Positions 34,773 through 44,961 of a stretch of 64,000 bases of DNA are shown here, piece after piece. The stretch comes from Gammaproteobacteria bacterium (GTDB lineage: Bacteria > Pseudomonadota > Gammaproteobacteria > Eutrophobiales > Eutrophobiaceae). The notes under the pieces were generated by a model. The model was given only the letters and a program-made list of their open reading frames with translations, had not been told where the DNA came from and made no database searches. The position numbers were made by a program, and so were the translations under genes. Within the stretch, counting starts at the first letter, position 1. Each line of letters begins with the position of its first letter. The stretch is taken from the NCBI GenBank assembly GCA_965221695.1, contig OZ244905.1, positions 192,001-256,000 on the forward strand, read 5' to 3'.

Positions 34773-35816
34773 ATGTTAACTCTGAAAAATCCGGCCCGGC
34801 GCGCGTTGCTAAGGTCTGCATTGGCATATGGTCTTGTGGCGGCTGTTCCGCGTAGCTTGCGCGCCGCAACTAACAATAATCAACTTGTGAACCTGTACGC
34901 TGATAATAACCTGGCTGCTTATGGCTTTCCTGATGGTCACCCCTTGGGCATCGACCGCCAGGGCGCGTTCTTGCGCGAAGCGGATGAGCAGGGTCTGCTG
35001 GCGAAGGTGGTCAGGCGTCCGGCGCGTGAGGCGGCACGTGCAGAAATCGCCCGTTTTCATAGTGATGGTTATGTCGAACGGGTATTTACCGCGGAGGCGA
35101 ATGGTCTGCGGTTGCTTGATGATGGTGATACGCCGGTCTTCCCCGGTGTGTATCGTAAATCCGCGCATGTGGTGGGAGCCGCGTTGGATGGACTTGCCCG
35201 GGTGATGGACGGGCAGTGCTTGCGCACCCTGCAACCGATCGGTGGTCTGCACCACGCGGCACGACACCAGGCCGCCGGTTTTTGCGTCTTCAACGACTTA
35301 GGCGTGGTGATTGAAACCCTGCGCCAGGTATATGACATCCAACGGGTCGGTTATCTCGATATCGATGTGCACCATGGCGATGGGGTATTTTATGCGTTTG
35401 AAGACGACCCTGACCTGATCTTCGCGGATATTCACCAGGACAGCCGCACGCTTTATCCTGGCACGGGCCGGGAAGACGAAACTGGTAAAGGCAAGGCGGA
35501 AGGGACCAAGCTGAATATCGAACTGCCGCCTTTTTCCGGCGACGCGGCGTTCATGGAAGCCTGGACCAGGGTCGAAGCGCACTTTCGGGCTTTTCAACCG
35601 GAGTTCTTCGTCTTTCAGTGCGGCGCAGACGGTCTTAAAGGCGACCCCCTGGCGCAACTCAAATATTCACCGGCTGTGCATGCCCACGCGTCCGAACGCA
35701 TGGCGCGGCTTGCGGATGAGTATGCCGGCGGGCGCATTATGGCCTTCGGTGGCGGCGGTTATAACAGGACTAACCTGGCCCATGCCTGGGCTGCCGTGCT
35801 GGACCGCCTGATTTGA
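34773..35816 (+). CDS. Histone-deacetylase/AcuC-family deacylase with Tat-like signal
   Basis: ARRALL..SLRA N-terminus; GGLHHA, GFC, DIDVHHGDG, GGGGY. Confidence 0.85.
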   Translation: MLTLKNPARRALLRSALAYGLVAAVPRSLRAATNNNQLVNLYADNNLAAYGFPDGHPLGIDRQGAFLREADEQGLLAKVVRRPAREAARAEIARFHSDGYVERVFTAEANGLRLLDDGDTPVFPGVYRKSAHVVGAALDGLARVMDGQCLRTLQPIGGLHHAARHQAAGFCVFNDLGVVIETLRQVYDIQRVGYLDIDVHHGDGVFYAFEDDPDLIFADIHQDSRTLYPGTGREDETGKGKAEGTKLNIELPPFSGDAAFMEAWTRVEAHFRAFQPEFFVFQCGADGLKGDPLAQLKYSPAVHAHASERMARLADEYAGGRIMAFGGGGYNRTNLAHAWAAVLDRLI

Positions 35817-35867
35817 CAGGCCTGCAGTAATTACATGCCGCCAGCGGCCTGAACATGAGGCGTTGCC

Positions 35868-36668
35868 TTGGATAAAAAAATAACCATATTGATCATCGCC
35901 GTTGCGTTGTTTTGCTCGGGCATGACCACCGCCCAGGAGCGGCTCCGGCTGGCCACGACGACCAGTACAGAAAACTCCGGTTTACTCAAGGTGTTACACC
36001 CTCTTTTTGAAGTCAGATATAATGTAAAGGTGGATGTCATCGCAGTAGGTACCGGCAAAGCGCTGAGGCTCGGAGAGAACGGCGATGTGGATGTGTTAAT
36101 GGTGCATGCGCCTGCCGCGGAGCAGGCGTTTATCGATAACGGCTTTGGCCGCGCTCGGTTGCCGGTAATGCATAATGATTTCGTGTTAATCGGGCCAAAT
36201 GACGATCCAGCCAATGTCAGGTCCTCGCCGGACATCAGCACAGCCATGCAGAATCTTGTCGATGGCCGCGCAGCGTTCATTTCCAGGGGCGATGGGTCCG
36301 GGACACACACAAAAGAGCTGTCTCTCTGGCAGGCGGCAGGACTCGATCCAGGCGGTGCATGGTACCTGTCCGTGGGGCAGGGGATGGGCGCGGTGATAAA
36401 AATTGCCGGCGACAAGCAAGCCTACACCTTGTCGGACCGGGGCACTTACCTGGCATTCAAGGACAAGGCCGGGCTGGTGATCGTCTATGAAGGTGATGCA
36501 GCGCTGTTCAATCCCTATCACGTCATACTACTGAACGAGGACAAACATCCACATATCAAGGCCGACCTGGCCCGACGTTATGCTGAGTTTGTTCGCAGCC
36601 CGGAAGGACAGCAGATCATCGCGGACTTCAAGATAGCCGGGGAGCAGTTGTTTTACCCGAATCAGTGA
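35868..36668 (+). CDS. tupA: Tungstate-binding periplasmic protein TupA
   Basis: LRLATTTSTENSGLL, VGTGKAL, FISRGDGSGTH, SDRGT. Confidence 0.85.
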   Translation: MDKKITILIIAVALFCSGMTTAQERLRLATTTSTENSGLLKVLHPLFEVRYNVKVDVIAVGTGKALRLGENGDVDVLMVHAPAAEQAFIDNGFGRARLPVMHNDFVLIGPNDDPANVRSSPDISTAMQNLVDGRAAFISRGDGSGTHTKELSLWQAAGLDPGGAWYLSVGQGMGAVIKIAGDKQAYTLSDRGTYLAFKDKAGLVIVYEGDAALFNPYHVILLNEDKHPHIKADLARRYAEFVRSPEGQQIIADFKIAGEQLFYPNQ

Positions 36669-38464
36669 ACTTGCAGATTAACCGGGATGCTTAGCGTGAT
36701 CGGTGGGCCTTTGACGTCTTCAAAGCAACGGGAAAACTCGGCCAGCTTGTTTCTGTCGCCTGCCAGTTCTGTTCCCGCGGGTGGTGTGGCGGTCAAGCTT
36801 GAGAGGTCGGTGTTGCCGATGAACAGGTCGATGAGTTGTTGTCGGGTCATCAGGATTTTCTCGCTGACTCCGGCGGGCATTTCATCGTGGAACTCGGCGA
36901 TGCCGCGCCGTAGCTCCAGGGCATAGGCCTCGGCGGTGTCGGTGAGTTCTATTCCGACGAGTTGTTCTAGATCGATGCAATGTTCTGCCGCCAACCGGGT
37001 TGACAGGAGTTCGACCATACGGCTGCTGGACAGCGCATCGGCGATATCCGGGGAGCTTTTCATGATGCCGGCGCCGGTCGGCAATGTTCCTTCCAGTTCT
37101 TTTGCCGCGGTCAGCGCCCAGTTCCGCCAGGTGGACGTGATCTGTTGGTAGCCCCACTCCCGCAATGCGCGGGCTTTAAGCAGGCGCGCCGGTTTGTCTT
37201 CGGCATCAATACGCAGCAGGTAGGTCAGGATTTCGGCGGCCCAGGTATATTCCTTGTTTTCTATCGCATTGCCGGCTTCGGCCAGCACCGCATCCCTGCC
37301 ACCCATTGTTCTGACGTAATTTTGTGCGCGCGGCAATGGCGGCATCCGGTCCACCTCCCAGGGATCGCCCTGGTACCAACCGATATAACCGGAATAGAAC
37401 TGGCGCACGGAGTTTTTCACTGAGCCATAAAATTCACCCAACCACGGATGCTGAGCCAGGTGCTCTGGTAATGTGATCAGGGCCGCCAGGTCTTCCGGCA
37501 GGGCGCCCTTGTTGATCAGGCGGATGGACTGGTCGTGCACATATTGGATGGCGTCGCGATAATGCGTCAGCGTCGCCTGGATATTGTCATACCCGTATAC
37601 TGGCCTGCCATGTGACGGAACCATATATTCAGCCGGGAAAGTGCGCAATACATCCACTGCCTTGTACCACTTTACCGGGTCGCGGTATTTTGTGCCGCGC
37701 AGGGTATGCAGGTTCGGAAACGCCTCGCCTTGCAGTACTTCTGCGGTTTGCAATACCTGCAAGTCGGGGAACCAGACCACGATCTCATCGTTGGTCTCAC
37801 TGGGTACGTAGATGACATGCATGGTTATCCCTGCCACGGTCAGTTCCAGGCGCTCGTCAAACGTCAGGTTGGGTGGCAGAAACGTTGCCCTACCGGCGAA
37901 GATACGCGGCCCTATGCCCATGTTGACCCAACCCTCCGGTCCCCGCTCCAGGAACACGCCGGCAAAATAAGAGGAGCGCCGTTGCAGGATCGGGCCTACC
38001 ATGCCGCTCCAGTTGACGACGGCATCCATCAATGATGAGTGGGCGATCAGCTTGACCTTGCCTGAGGCAAGATCCTCTTTGTTCGCAAATGCCTTTACAC
38101 CGCCGACATGGTCGATATGGTTGTGGGAGTAAACGATGGCCTTGATCGGTTTGTCCGTGATCTTTCTGAACTCGGCGAGCACCTCCTGGCCGCGCTCGTA
38201 GTCTTCCATCACATCAATGATGATTACGCCGTCGTCACCGATAACCATGGCGCTGTTGGCCAGACCGTAACCATAGGCGAGATAGACATTATCCCTGACC
38301 CGATACACCTGTTTTTCCATGATCCCGGAATGTTCGGTCAGCCGTGGATGAATCTTGGGGGAGGGCTGGTCGTAGGCGATGTTCTCCGCCGGCGCGGGCA
38401 TGGAAATGCCGCTGAGAAACAGCCACAGCCACAAGCGGTGTCGTATCAGGCCAGCCATTTTCAT
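36662..38464 (-). CDS. Alkyl sulfatase (SdsA1/BDS1 type, MBL fold plus dimerisation and SCP2-like domains)
   Basis: YSHNHIDH, SETNDE, FPNLHTLRGTKYRD, PSHG, EFYG; signal peptide. Confidence 0.88.
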   Translation of the reverse strand: MKMAGLIRHRLWLWLFLSGISMPAPAENIAYDQPSPKIHPRLTEHSGIMEKQVYRVRDNVYLAYGYGLANSAMVIGDDGVIIIDVMEDYERGQEVLAEFRKITDKPIKAIVYSHNHIDHVGGVKAFANKEDLASGKVKLIAHSSLMDAVVNWSGMVGPILQRRSSYFAGVFLERGPEGWVNMGIGPRIFAGRATFLPPNLTFDERLELTVAGITMHVIYVPSETNDEIVVWFPDLQVLQTAEVLQGEAFPNLHTLRGTKYRDPVKWYKAVDVLRTFPAEYMVPSHGRPVYGYDNIQATLTHYRDAIQYVHDQSIRLINKGALPEDLAALITLPEHLAQHPWLGEFYGSVKNSVRQFYSGYIGWYQGDPWEVDRMPPLPRAQNYVRTMGGRDAVLAEAGNAIENKEYTWAAEILTYLLRIDAEDKPARLLKARALREWGYQQITSTWRNWALTAAKELEGTLPTGAGIMKSSPDIADALSSSRMVELLSTRLAAEHCIDLEQLVGIELTDTAEAYALELRRGIAEFHDEMPAGVSEKILMTRQQLIDLFIGNTDLSSLTATPPAGTELAGDRNKLAEFSRCFEDVKGPPITLSIPVNLQVH

Positions 38465-40014
38465 TCCTGGAATGCGGGCAGGATTTCCGTTTTAGTGGCC
38501 CAGTCGGCGCCATAAATGCGACGAAACATTTCCGGTCTGATCACCGAACCTTTGGCTGTTCCGCCGCGCCACAAGTCATATTGCGCATCCGAGTATTGGT
38601 CATAGAAAGCGACCAGCTCCCGGTCCAGGGCGGCGACAGTTTCCGCATAGTCAGGATGGTCATACACATTCGTGGTTTGCCCCGGGTCGTTATCCATATC
38701 GTAGAGCGCCGGTTCGCCGGTATCTGCCAGGCGTTTCCAGTAAGCAAAACGCGCAGTGCGGATGCCGCGGGTTTCCTCCTGTTCGTAAAAAATCCTGTCA
38801 TCCCATGTTACCGAGGCGCCGTCCAGCAACGCGGTAAAACTCCGTCCCGGGCTGTTCGGGAAGTCGGCATCCTCAATGCCAAGATAATCCAGGATCGTGA
38901 TCGGGATGTCATACTGGCCGATCAATTCTGTACGCGCCTGACCCGCTTCAATTCTGTCAGGATGGCGCAGGATTAACGGGATATTCATCGCTGTTTCGTA
39001 CAGGTTCGACGGCGTCGTGACCACGGTATGTTCCCACAGACCATGCTGGCCGTAAAAATTGCCCTGGTCGGAGGAAAAAATCACCAGCGTATTGCGTTCC
39101 AGCCCCTTGCGTTTCAACGCTGCCAGCACTTTGCCGACGCCGTCATCCACCAGCGTGTTCTGCGATGCGACATTGGCCATCGTGGCCGGATCATTATGCA
39201 TCTCCAGCGCTTCCCGGAGTTTCTGAAACAGGAACGGTGGCAGGCCGTACTTGTCCGGGTCCAGGAGTTGGTCGGTCAGGTTGGCGTTGAATGCCACCCG
39301 CGGAAAAGACTTGAATTCCCGGCCTTCGTAGTCCGGGTAAAAACGATTGCGCGCCGGTCCGAGGTTGGTCGGCGGGTTGACATAGGGGCCGTCGTAATTC
39401 AGTTGCAGGTAGAACGGCTCCTCGCCCTCCAGGGCTTCGATGTAAGCAACCGCTTTTTCGGTGAAAAAATCGACGATATGGCGGTCTTTGACCTGGTAGG
39501 TCTGATCGTTGTCAATAACGGTGTTGTCCCAGAAATCAACGGTGTGGCCATCTTTGAACGTGACCCAATGCTGGTAGCCGATGGACGGTTTCCAGGGTTG
39601 TCCCAGGTGCCATTTGCCGATCAGGGCGGTGCGGTAACCGCGGTTTTTCAGCGTCAGCGGTAACGTGCGAAATTCCGCAACCGCAGACCAGTTTTCCGGC
39701 CATTCTTTCAGCATTGCGTCATCCAGCCAGTTGTGGATGCCGTGTTGCGACGGCATCAGACCCGTCATCAGCGTCGCCCGGGTCGGCGAGCACATGCCGT
39801 TGACCGCGTAGGCCCGGGTAAAACGGATGCCTTCCCGAGCCAGTTGATCGGTGTGCGGGGTGCGGATATCCGGATTGCCGTAGCTCCCCAGCAACGAGGC
39901 TGCCTGGTTGTCGGTCAGGATAAACAGCACATTGGGGCGTTGCGGCGGCGCCGCGCTCAATGCCGTCGTAAGACAGACGGTTATCCAGGCAACTGTTAGT
40001 GTAGGAATACGCAT
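38461..40014 (-). CDS. Formylglycine-dependent sulfatase
   Basis: PNVLFILTD, CSPTRATLMTG (CxPxR), GKWHLG; signal peptide. Confidence 0.92.
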   Translation of the reverse strand: MRIPTLTVAWITVCLTTALSAAPPQRPNVLFILTDNQAASLLGSYGNPDIRTPHTDQLAREGIRFTRAYAVNGMCSPTRATLMTGLMPSQHGIHNWLDDAMLKEWPENWSAVAEFRTLPLTLKNRGYRTALIGKWHLGQPWKPSIGYQHWVTFKDGHTVDFWDNTVIDNDQTYQVKDRHIVDFFTEKAVAYIEALEGEEPFYLQLNYDGPYVNPPTNLGPARNRFYPDYEGREFKSFPRVAFNANLTDQLLDPDKYGLPPFLFQKLREALEMHNDPATMANVASQNTLVDDGVGKVLAALKRKGLERNTLVIFSSDQGNFYGQHGLWEHTVVTTPSNLYETAMNIPLILRHPDRIEAGQARTELIGQYDIPITILDYLGIEDADFPNSPGRSFTALLDGASVTWDDRIFYEQEETRGIRTARFAYWKRLADTGEPALYDMDNDPGQTTNVYDHPDYAETVAALDRELVAFYDQYSDAQYDLWRGGTAKGSVIRPEMFRRIYGADWATKTEILPAFQE

Positions 40015-40111
40015 TTCAGATGTGTGTCACCCCGATGTTGATTTTGGTGATACATGCTCTTGACATGGGCATCATTGACTTAAAAGCTGATTATAAATAT
40101 CGCCGCTGATT

Positions 40112-42364
40112 CTACATGGAAATGCGCGCCTGCACACCCACGCTGCGCGGCGGATCGATGAAACCAAAATAAGCGCCGCGGAATACCGGTAGGTCATTTA
40201 CCCAGGTGGTGGTCTTTTTGTCGGTGAGATTTTTGCCGACCAGGGCCACGCTCCAGCGATCATCGTCGCTGGCCAATTCGACCCTCGCATTCAGCTTGGC
40301 GAAACCGTCCTGCTTGGCCAATGGGTCAAGGTCCAGCGCGGTGTGATAGCTGCTGGTGAAATTCACATCGCCCTGCAATGTCAGGTAATAATTCCCCAGC
40401 GGCATACTGTACTCCATGTTCACGTTTCCGGCTGTCTCCGGCGAGAACTGCAAGTCTTTGCCGGAGAGGTCCTGGCTGCATTGTCCGGCCGGGCGGCCTG
40501 TGCTGGCCGCAAACGCGGTTTGCTGCGGGGCCGTGCAGACCGCACCCGGAAAGCTATCGTATTCCGCGTCAAGCCAGGCGAGGGCGCCGCCAAGGGTGAA
40601 GTTGTCCGTAATAAGCCACTGAAAATCGGCTTCCACACCCTGGGACGTGGCGGAGGCGGCATTTTCTACGATAAAGGCGAAGCCGTTCCAGGCCGCCACC
40701 TGCAGATCCTCATACTGGTTATTGAAATAGGCGATGTTCAGCTTGGCCGCGCCGCCGAGCAGAGTGAACTTGCCGCCGATTTCCCAGGCTTCCACCTCTT
40801 CCGGGTCGAACTGCGCGAGTTCCAGCGCGCCGCCAACGTTTTGCGCGTCAAAGCCGCCTGATTTGAACCCTTGCGAGTAGGTGGCATAAATCATCGCGTC
40901 ATCGGTCAGGTCAAACTGCAGTCCTACGGAAGGGGAGGTGTCTGTGTCATTTCTGTCGAGTTCGTAGGTATGGGGAATGCGCCCGATAATCCTGGCGAAA
41001 GGCTCTTGCCCCGGCGCCGGGGTTTGCGTACCGAGGGCGGCCACGCGCAATTCCTTGTCGACCTCTTTTTCATCGTCCGTATAGCGCACGCCGACAGAGA
41101 TGCGCACGCGGTCAATGGGACTCACTGTCGCTTCGGCAAAGGCCGCAAAACTCTCTGTTTCCTGCTCAAAAAAAGTAATGATGCTGGAATCCAGCGGGAA
41201 CAGCCTGACCCCCTCAGCGAGCAGCACCGACAGGTTGAAATTGAATGTTTCCTCGATGCTCAGGTCTTCAGTCTGGTAGTAGAGACCACCAAGGAATTCA
41301 AACCGGGCATCGGCGGAAGTGAAATGAACGCGTATCTCCTCCGAAAATTGATCATGCTTTTGCCTGTTGGATTGCTCCGCATAGTCCGGCACCGGGGCGA
41401 ACTCAGCCGGAATGTTATTGCTGAAGTCGTATTCCACGTAAGAAGTGACCGACGTTAACGTCAGGCTGTCGTTGACATCATATTCCAGGGTCAGCGTGAT
41501 ATTCCCGGCATCGGTGTTGTCAAAGTCATCTCCGGAGGTGGCGTTGTTATAATCGAGGTCGGTTTCAAATGCCGGGTCGGTTGCCGCATAAAGAGCCGCC
41601 AGCGGCCCTGCGGCCACCATTTGCGCATTCCTGCCGTCAACATCATAGGAGCTTATTTCCCCCTTCAAGGTGGCCGAGAGTTGATCGGTGGCATCCCAGA
41701 CAAACGTGCCTCGTACTACGTATTGTTCGCGGTCCGGCTCATCGCCGCCACCATAGGAATTGTCAATATAACCACTTTCTGACTTGTAGTTGGCGGCCAC
41801 GCGTCCGTACAGCGTATCGCCCAGCGGTCCGGACAGCACGCCGGTGATCCCCCATTGATCGGTTTCCGCGAAATACTCGCCTGCCAGGTAACCTTCCATT
41901 TCCGCGCTCGGTTTCCTGGTAGTGACGTTGATGGCGCCGGCGATGGTATTCTTGCCAAACAGGATGCCCTGTGGCCCTTTCAGGATTTCAACGCGTTCCA
42001 CATCGAAAAAAGGATTGCGCGCCGAGCGGCCGCGCCCGAAATATACCCCATCGATATAAGTCCCGACAGATTGTTCAAAGGCCTGGTTGGCTCCGGAACC
42101 TATGCCGCGGATGGTTACACTCTGCTGGGTCGCATTCTCATTAATCTGCAGGTTGGGCGTATACGCAGAGAGATCTTCCAGGCGTCCAATAGCCATACGG
42201 TCAAGTTTTTCCCCACTGGTGACGGATACTGATATGGGCACATCGTCCAGTGACTCCGCCCGCTTACGGGCGGTTACCGTAATTTCTTCGAGCACGGACT
42301 GAGCCGGCACGGCATTGCTCAATACAACGGATAGACCGACGAGGGTGATAATTCGGGTATTCAT
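40112..42364 (-). CDS. TonB-dependent receptor
   Basis: LEEITVTARKR TonB box, VERVEILKGPQG..GKN..GAIN plug, beta-barrel C-terminus. Confidence 0.93.
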   Translation of the reverse strand: MNTRIITLVGLSVVLSNAVPAQSVLEEITVTARKRAESLDDVPISVSVTSGEKLDRMAIGRLEDLSAYTPNLQINENATQQSVTIRGIGSGANQAFEQSVGTYIDGVYFGRGRSARNPFFDVERVEILKGPQGILFGKNTIAGAINVTTRKPSAEMEGYLAGEYFAETDQWGITGVLSGPLGDTLYGRVAANYKSESGYIDNSYGGGDEPDREQYVVRGTFVWDATDQLSATLKGEISSYDVDGRNAQMVAAGPLAALYAATDPAFETDLDYNNATSGDDFDNTDAGNITLTLEYDVNDSLTLTSVTSYVEYDFSNNIPAEFAPVPDYAEQSNRQKHDQFSEEIRVHFTSADARFEFLGGLYYQTEDLSIEETFNFNLSVLLAEGVRLFPLDSSIITFFEQETESFAAFAEATVSPIDRVRISVGVRYTDDEKEVDKELRVAALGTQTPAPGQEPFARIIGRIPHTYELDRNDTDTSPSVGLQFDLTDDAMIYATYSQGFKSGGFDAQNVGGALELAQFDPEEVEAWEIGGKFTLLGGAAKLNIAYFNNQYEDLQVAAWNGFAFIVENAASATSQGVEADFQWLITDNFTLGGALAWLDAEYDSFPGAVCTAPQQTAFAASTGRPAGQCSQDLSGKDLQFSPETAGNVNMEYSMPLGNYYLTLQGDVNFTSSYHTALDLDPLAKQDGFAKLNARVELASDDDRWSVALVGKNLTDKKTTTWVNDLPVFRGAYFGFIDPPRSVGVQARISM

Positions 42365-42524
42365 TTGTCATGTCTCCTGCGGATGATATTCCAACTTATA
42401 ACGATATCGAATGAAACACGGATTATCTTGTCATATCACGCCATTTTATTAAAATACTATGCCATAATGTTCTTGCGGCGCGTCTTGTACGCCCCTGCTC
42501 AACGCCATACAGGGGCAGGCTGAG

Positions 42525-42620
42525 AAGCGGGAATCCAGTCAAGTCCTGTGTCGCCCCGCGACGGAACCACTCCCGCGAAAGCGGGAGTCCAGTCAAATAC
42601 TGTGTCGCCCGTAGGGCGAC
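42525..42620. repeat. REP-like cluster (GCGGGARTCCAGTCAA..TGTGTCGCCC, two direct units)
   Basis: Same family as the repeats flanking nahE. Confidence 0.65.
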
Positions 42621-42631
42621 TCTTTAATAAG

Positions 42632-43690
42632 ATGACTGCCAACATCCCGGAAAACACAGACCTGCAACTCGGCACATCCATCAGTGGCTGGGGCCGCGCG
42701 GTGCTATTGGCCTTGATCTCCCTGGGAATCGATGGACGGCGGATATTCCTTGACTGCGGGCTGAACCCGGATGATCAGGGCAAACCCTATGTGCGCAATC
42801 CCGTGCAGAAAATGCAACATGTCTGGCGCATCGCCGAAAACACCGTGGATGACAGCGCGCTGCTGGCGGAGAGGATTGTCCGTTACCTTAATGCCAGTTC
42901 ATTCCATGCGCTGGGTTTTGCCCTGTATGCCAGCAGCTCCGTTGCCGACCTGTTTACGCGCATCTGCGTCTATCGTGAAGTCTTCAGTTCGTCGGTCAAT
43001 CTGTTCACCTACACGACGAAGCGCGAATTCATCTTTGCGGTTGAGGATTTGCGGCCGGTAAAAAGTCATATTACCGCCGATGTATTGGTTTTGTTCCTGT
43101 TGAAGATATGCCGGGAACTGGCGGGTCCTGAATTTTCACCAACCGCAGTGGAAGTGCCTTGGGACAGAACCTACTACCCTGAATCCTTCCAAAAGCTGAT
43201 TCAAGCGCCGTTATTCCATAACTCCCAGCATTATAACTTACATTTCAAACGAGAGGACGTGGAAACCGCGTTGCCCGGTGCGAATACACAACTGGCCAGC
43301 TACCAGGACAAATTATGCAGGGATTACCTGTATTCACTGGATGAAAGCAAGCGCTTATCGTCACGGGTTAAATTAAAGATTATCCAGACCCTGACGAGCC
43401 AGAAATTCAGTATCGACTATGTTGCATTAAGTCTGAATATGAGCGTGAGAACATTACAGAGAAAACTGCACGCGGAGGGAACAAGTTTCAGCGAGTTGCT
43501 GGAGCAGGCCAGAAAAGAACTGGCGCTTGAGTACCTCCGCAATTCCAGGGCAAACGCAACCCAAATGGCGTACATGCTCGGCTTTGCCGACCTGCCGGGC
43601 TTTTCCTCGCGCTTCAAATCCTGGTTTGGACAAACGTTTACCGAATATCGCCGCGCAAATCAAAACAGCCGCGCTGAGACAACAGTTTGA
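42632..43690 (+). CDS. AraC-family transcriptional regulator (OruR-like)
   Basis: MSVRTLQRKL..GTSF, MAYMLGFAD..F...FKSWFG; divergent from the receptor operon. Confidence 0.9.
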   Translation: MTANIPENTDLQLGTSISGWGRAVLLALISLGIDGRRIFLDCGLNPDDQGKPYVRNPVQKMQHVWRIAENTVDDSALLAERIVRYLNASSFHALGFALYASSSVADLFTRICVYREVFSSSVNLFTYTTKREFIFAVEDLRPVKSHITADVLVLFLLKICRELAGPEFSPTAVEVPWDRTYYPESFQKLIQAPLFHNSQHYNLHFKREDVETALPGANTQLASYQDKLCRDYLYSLDESKRLSSRVKLKIIQTLTSQKFSIDYVALSLNMSVRTLQRKLHAEGTSFSELLEQARKELALEYLRNSRANATQMAYMLGFADLPGFSSRFKSWFGQTFTEYRRANQNSRAETTV

Positions 43691-43795
43691 GTGAGGGACC
43701 TTGACCCTACCATTGCTATAAGGCAATCTTTGTGTCATTTATCGCAGATTGGATGTCACTGCGCCTCTGGGCGCAATAACGACCGGAGTACTACA

Positions 43796-44875
43796 ATGCA
43801 TCATCATTTAATTTGTGTCTTACTGGCCGGCAGCCTGATGGCTGGCTTCTCCGCCAATGCATCGGAGAGCGATGCATCCGGTTATCTGAATGATCCGTTT
43901 ACCAGGCCCGGTATCATTACCCCGTATACGTTGCCGGAAGCGTGGCCGGTTCACCTGGACAGGAATCCCCATGACCTGAGTCCGCAGGATGCGCAAACCA
44001 GGCTGGTGGTATTGGGAACGGGGATGCCTTTGCCCAACCCGTACCGGTTTGGCCCCGCCTATGCCGTGGTAGCCGGTGACCAGCCCTACCTGGTGGATGC
44101 CGGGGAGGGGATCTGGCGCGCCCTGGCTAAAGCGGCCTTGATCCATGGCGACGAGATCAACAGCGCGCTCGCGCCGGTGAAATTGAATTACCTGTTTGTT
44201 ACCCACCTGCATGAAGACCACACGGTGGGGATTCCTTCATTAATCCTCAATCCATTCAAGCTGAACATACCGGCGCCAAAGACAATTTACGGGCCTGAAG
44301 GAATCACTGAGATGGTCGAGCATATTCTTGCCGCATGGAAGATCGATATTGCCGCGGAATTATCAGACGGTTATAACCCGATAGGCGCGCAGGCAACCGG
44401 CCATGTTGTCGATGTCGACAAACAGGGACTGGTGTATAAGGATGAGCATGTAACAGTGGAGGCATTCAGGACCATTCACGGCCCGTTGGAGGACACATTT
44501 GCCTATCGTTTTACCACCGCAGACAGGATCATCACGTTTACCGGGGACGGCGGCCCTTACCATGAAAACATCGTCAAAGCAGCGATGAACGCCGACCTGC
44601 TGGTTGCCGAGGCGGTTACCGAAAAAAATATCCGCCATGCTCCCTGGGGCGGCGATACGGTCGAGGAGAAGAAAAAAGAGATATTCAGGTACCATTTCTC
44701 TCCCGCGGTACTGGCCCGGATAGCCAACGAGGCACAGGTGAAGACCATTGTACTCAGCCACGAGCAGAATTACGTCGCGCCGGAGGAATTTGAAAGAACC
44801 GGCCTTAGGGATGAGATCATTGAGGCCGGTTTCAAGGGAACCATCTACTCGGCAATGGACGGAGATGTGTATTAA
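43796..44875 (+). CDS. Secreted RNase Z/arylsulfatase-like MBL hydrolase
   Basis: LVVLGTG.P, VDAGEG, THLHEDH, FTGD, YH, LSH; signal peptide. Confidence 0.8.
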   Translation: MHHHLICVLLAGSLMAGFSANASESDASGYLNDPFTRPGIITPYTLPEAWPVHLDRNPHDLSPQDAQTRLVVLGTGMPLPNPYRFGPAYAVVAGDQPYLVDAGEGIWRALAKAALIHGDEINSALAPVKLNYLFVTHLHEDHTVGIPSLILNPFKLNIPAPKTIYGPEGITEMVEHILAAWKIDIAAELSDGYNPIGAQATGHVVDVDKQGLVYKDEHVTVEAFRTIHGPLEDTFAYRFTTADRIITFTGDGGPYHENIVKAAMNADLLVAEAVTEKNIRHAPWGGDTVEEKKKEIFRYHFSPAVLARIANEAQVKTIVLSHEQNYVAPEEFERTGLRDEIIEAGFKGTIYSAMDGDVY

Positions 44876-44961
44876 TCGGGACCGACTCTCGATATTGATC
44901 TTTGATGAAAGAGTACCAGGGATACAATGGGGTGATCAGAGTAAGTGGAGGTTGCCATGGC

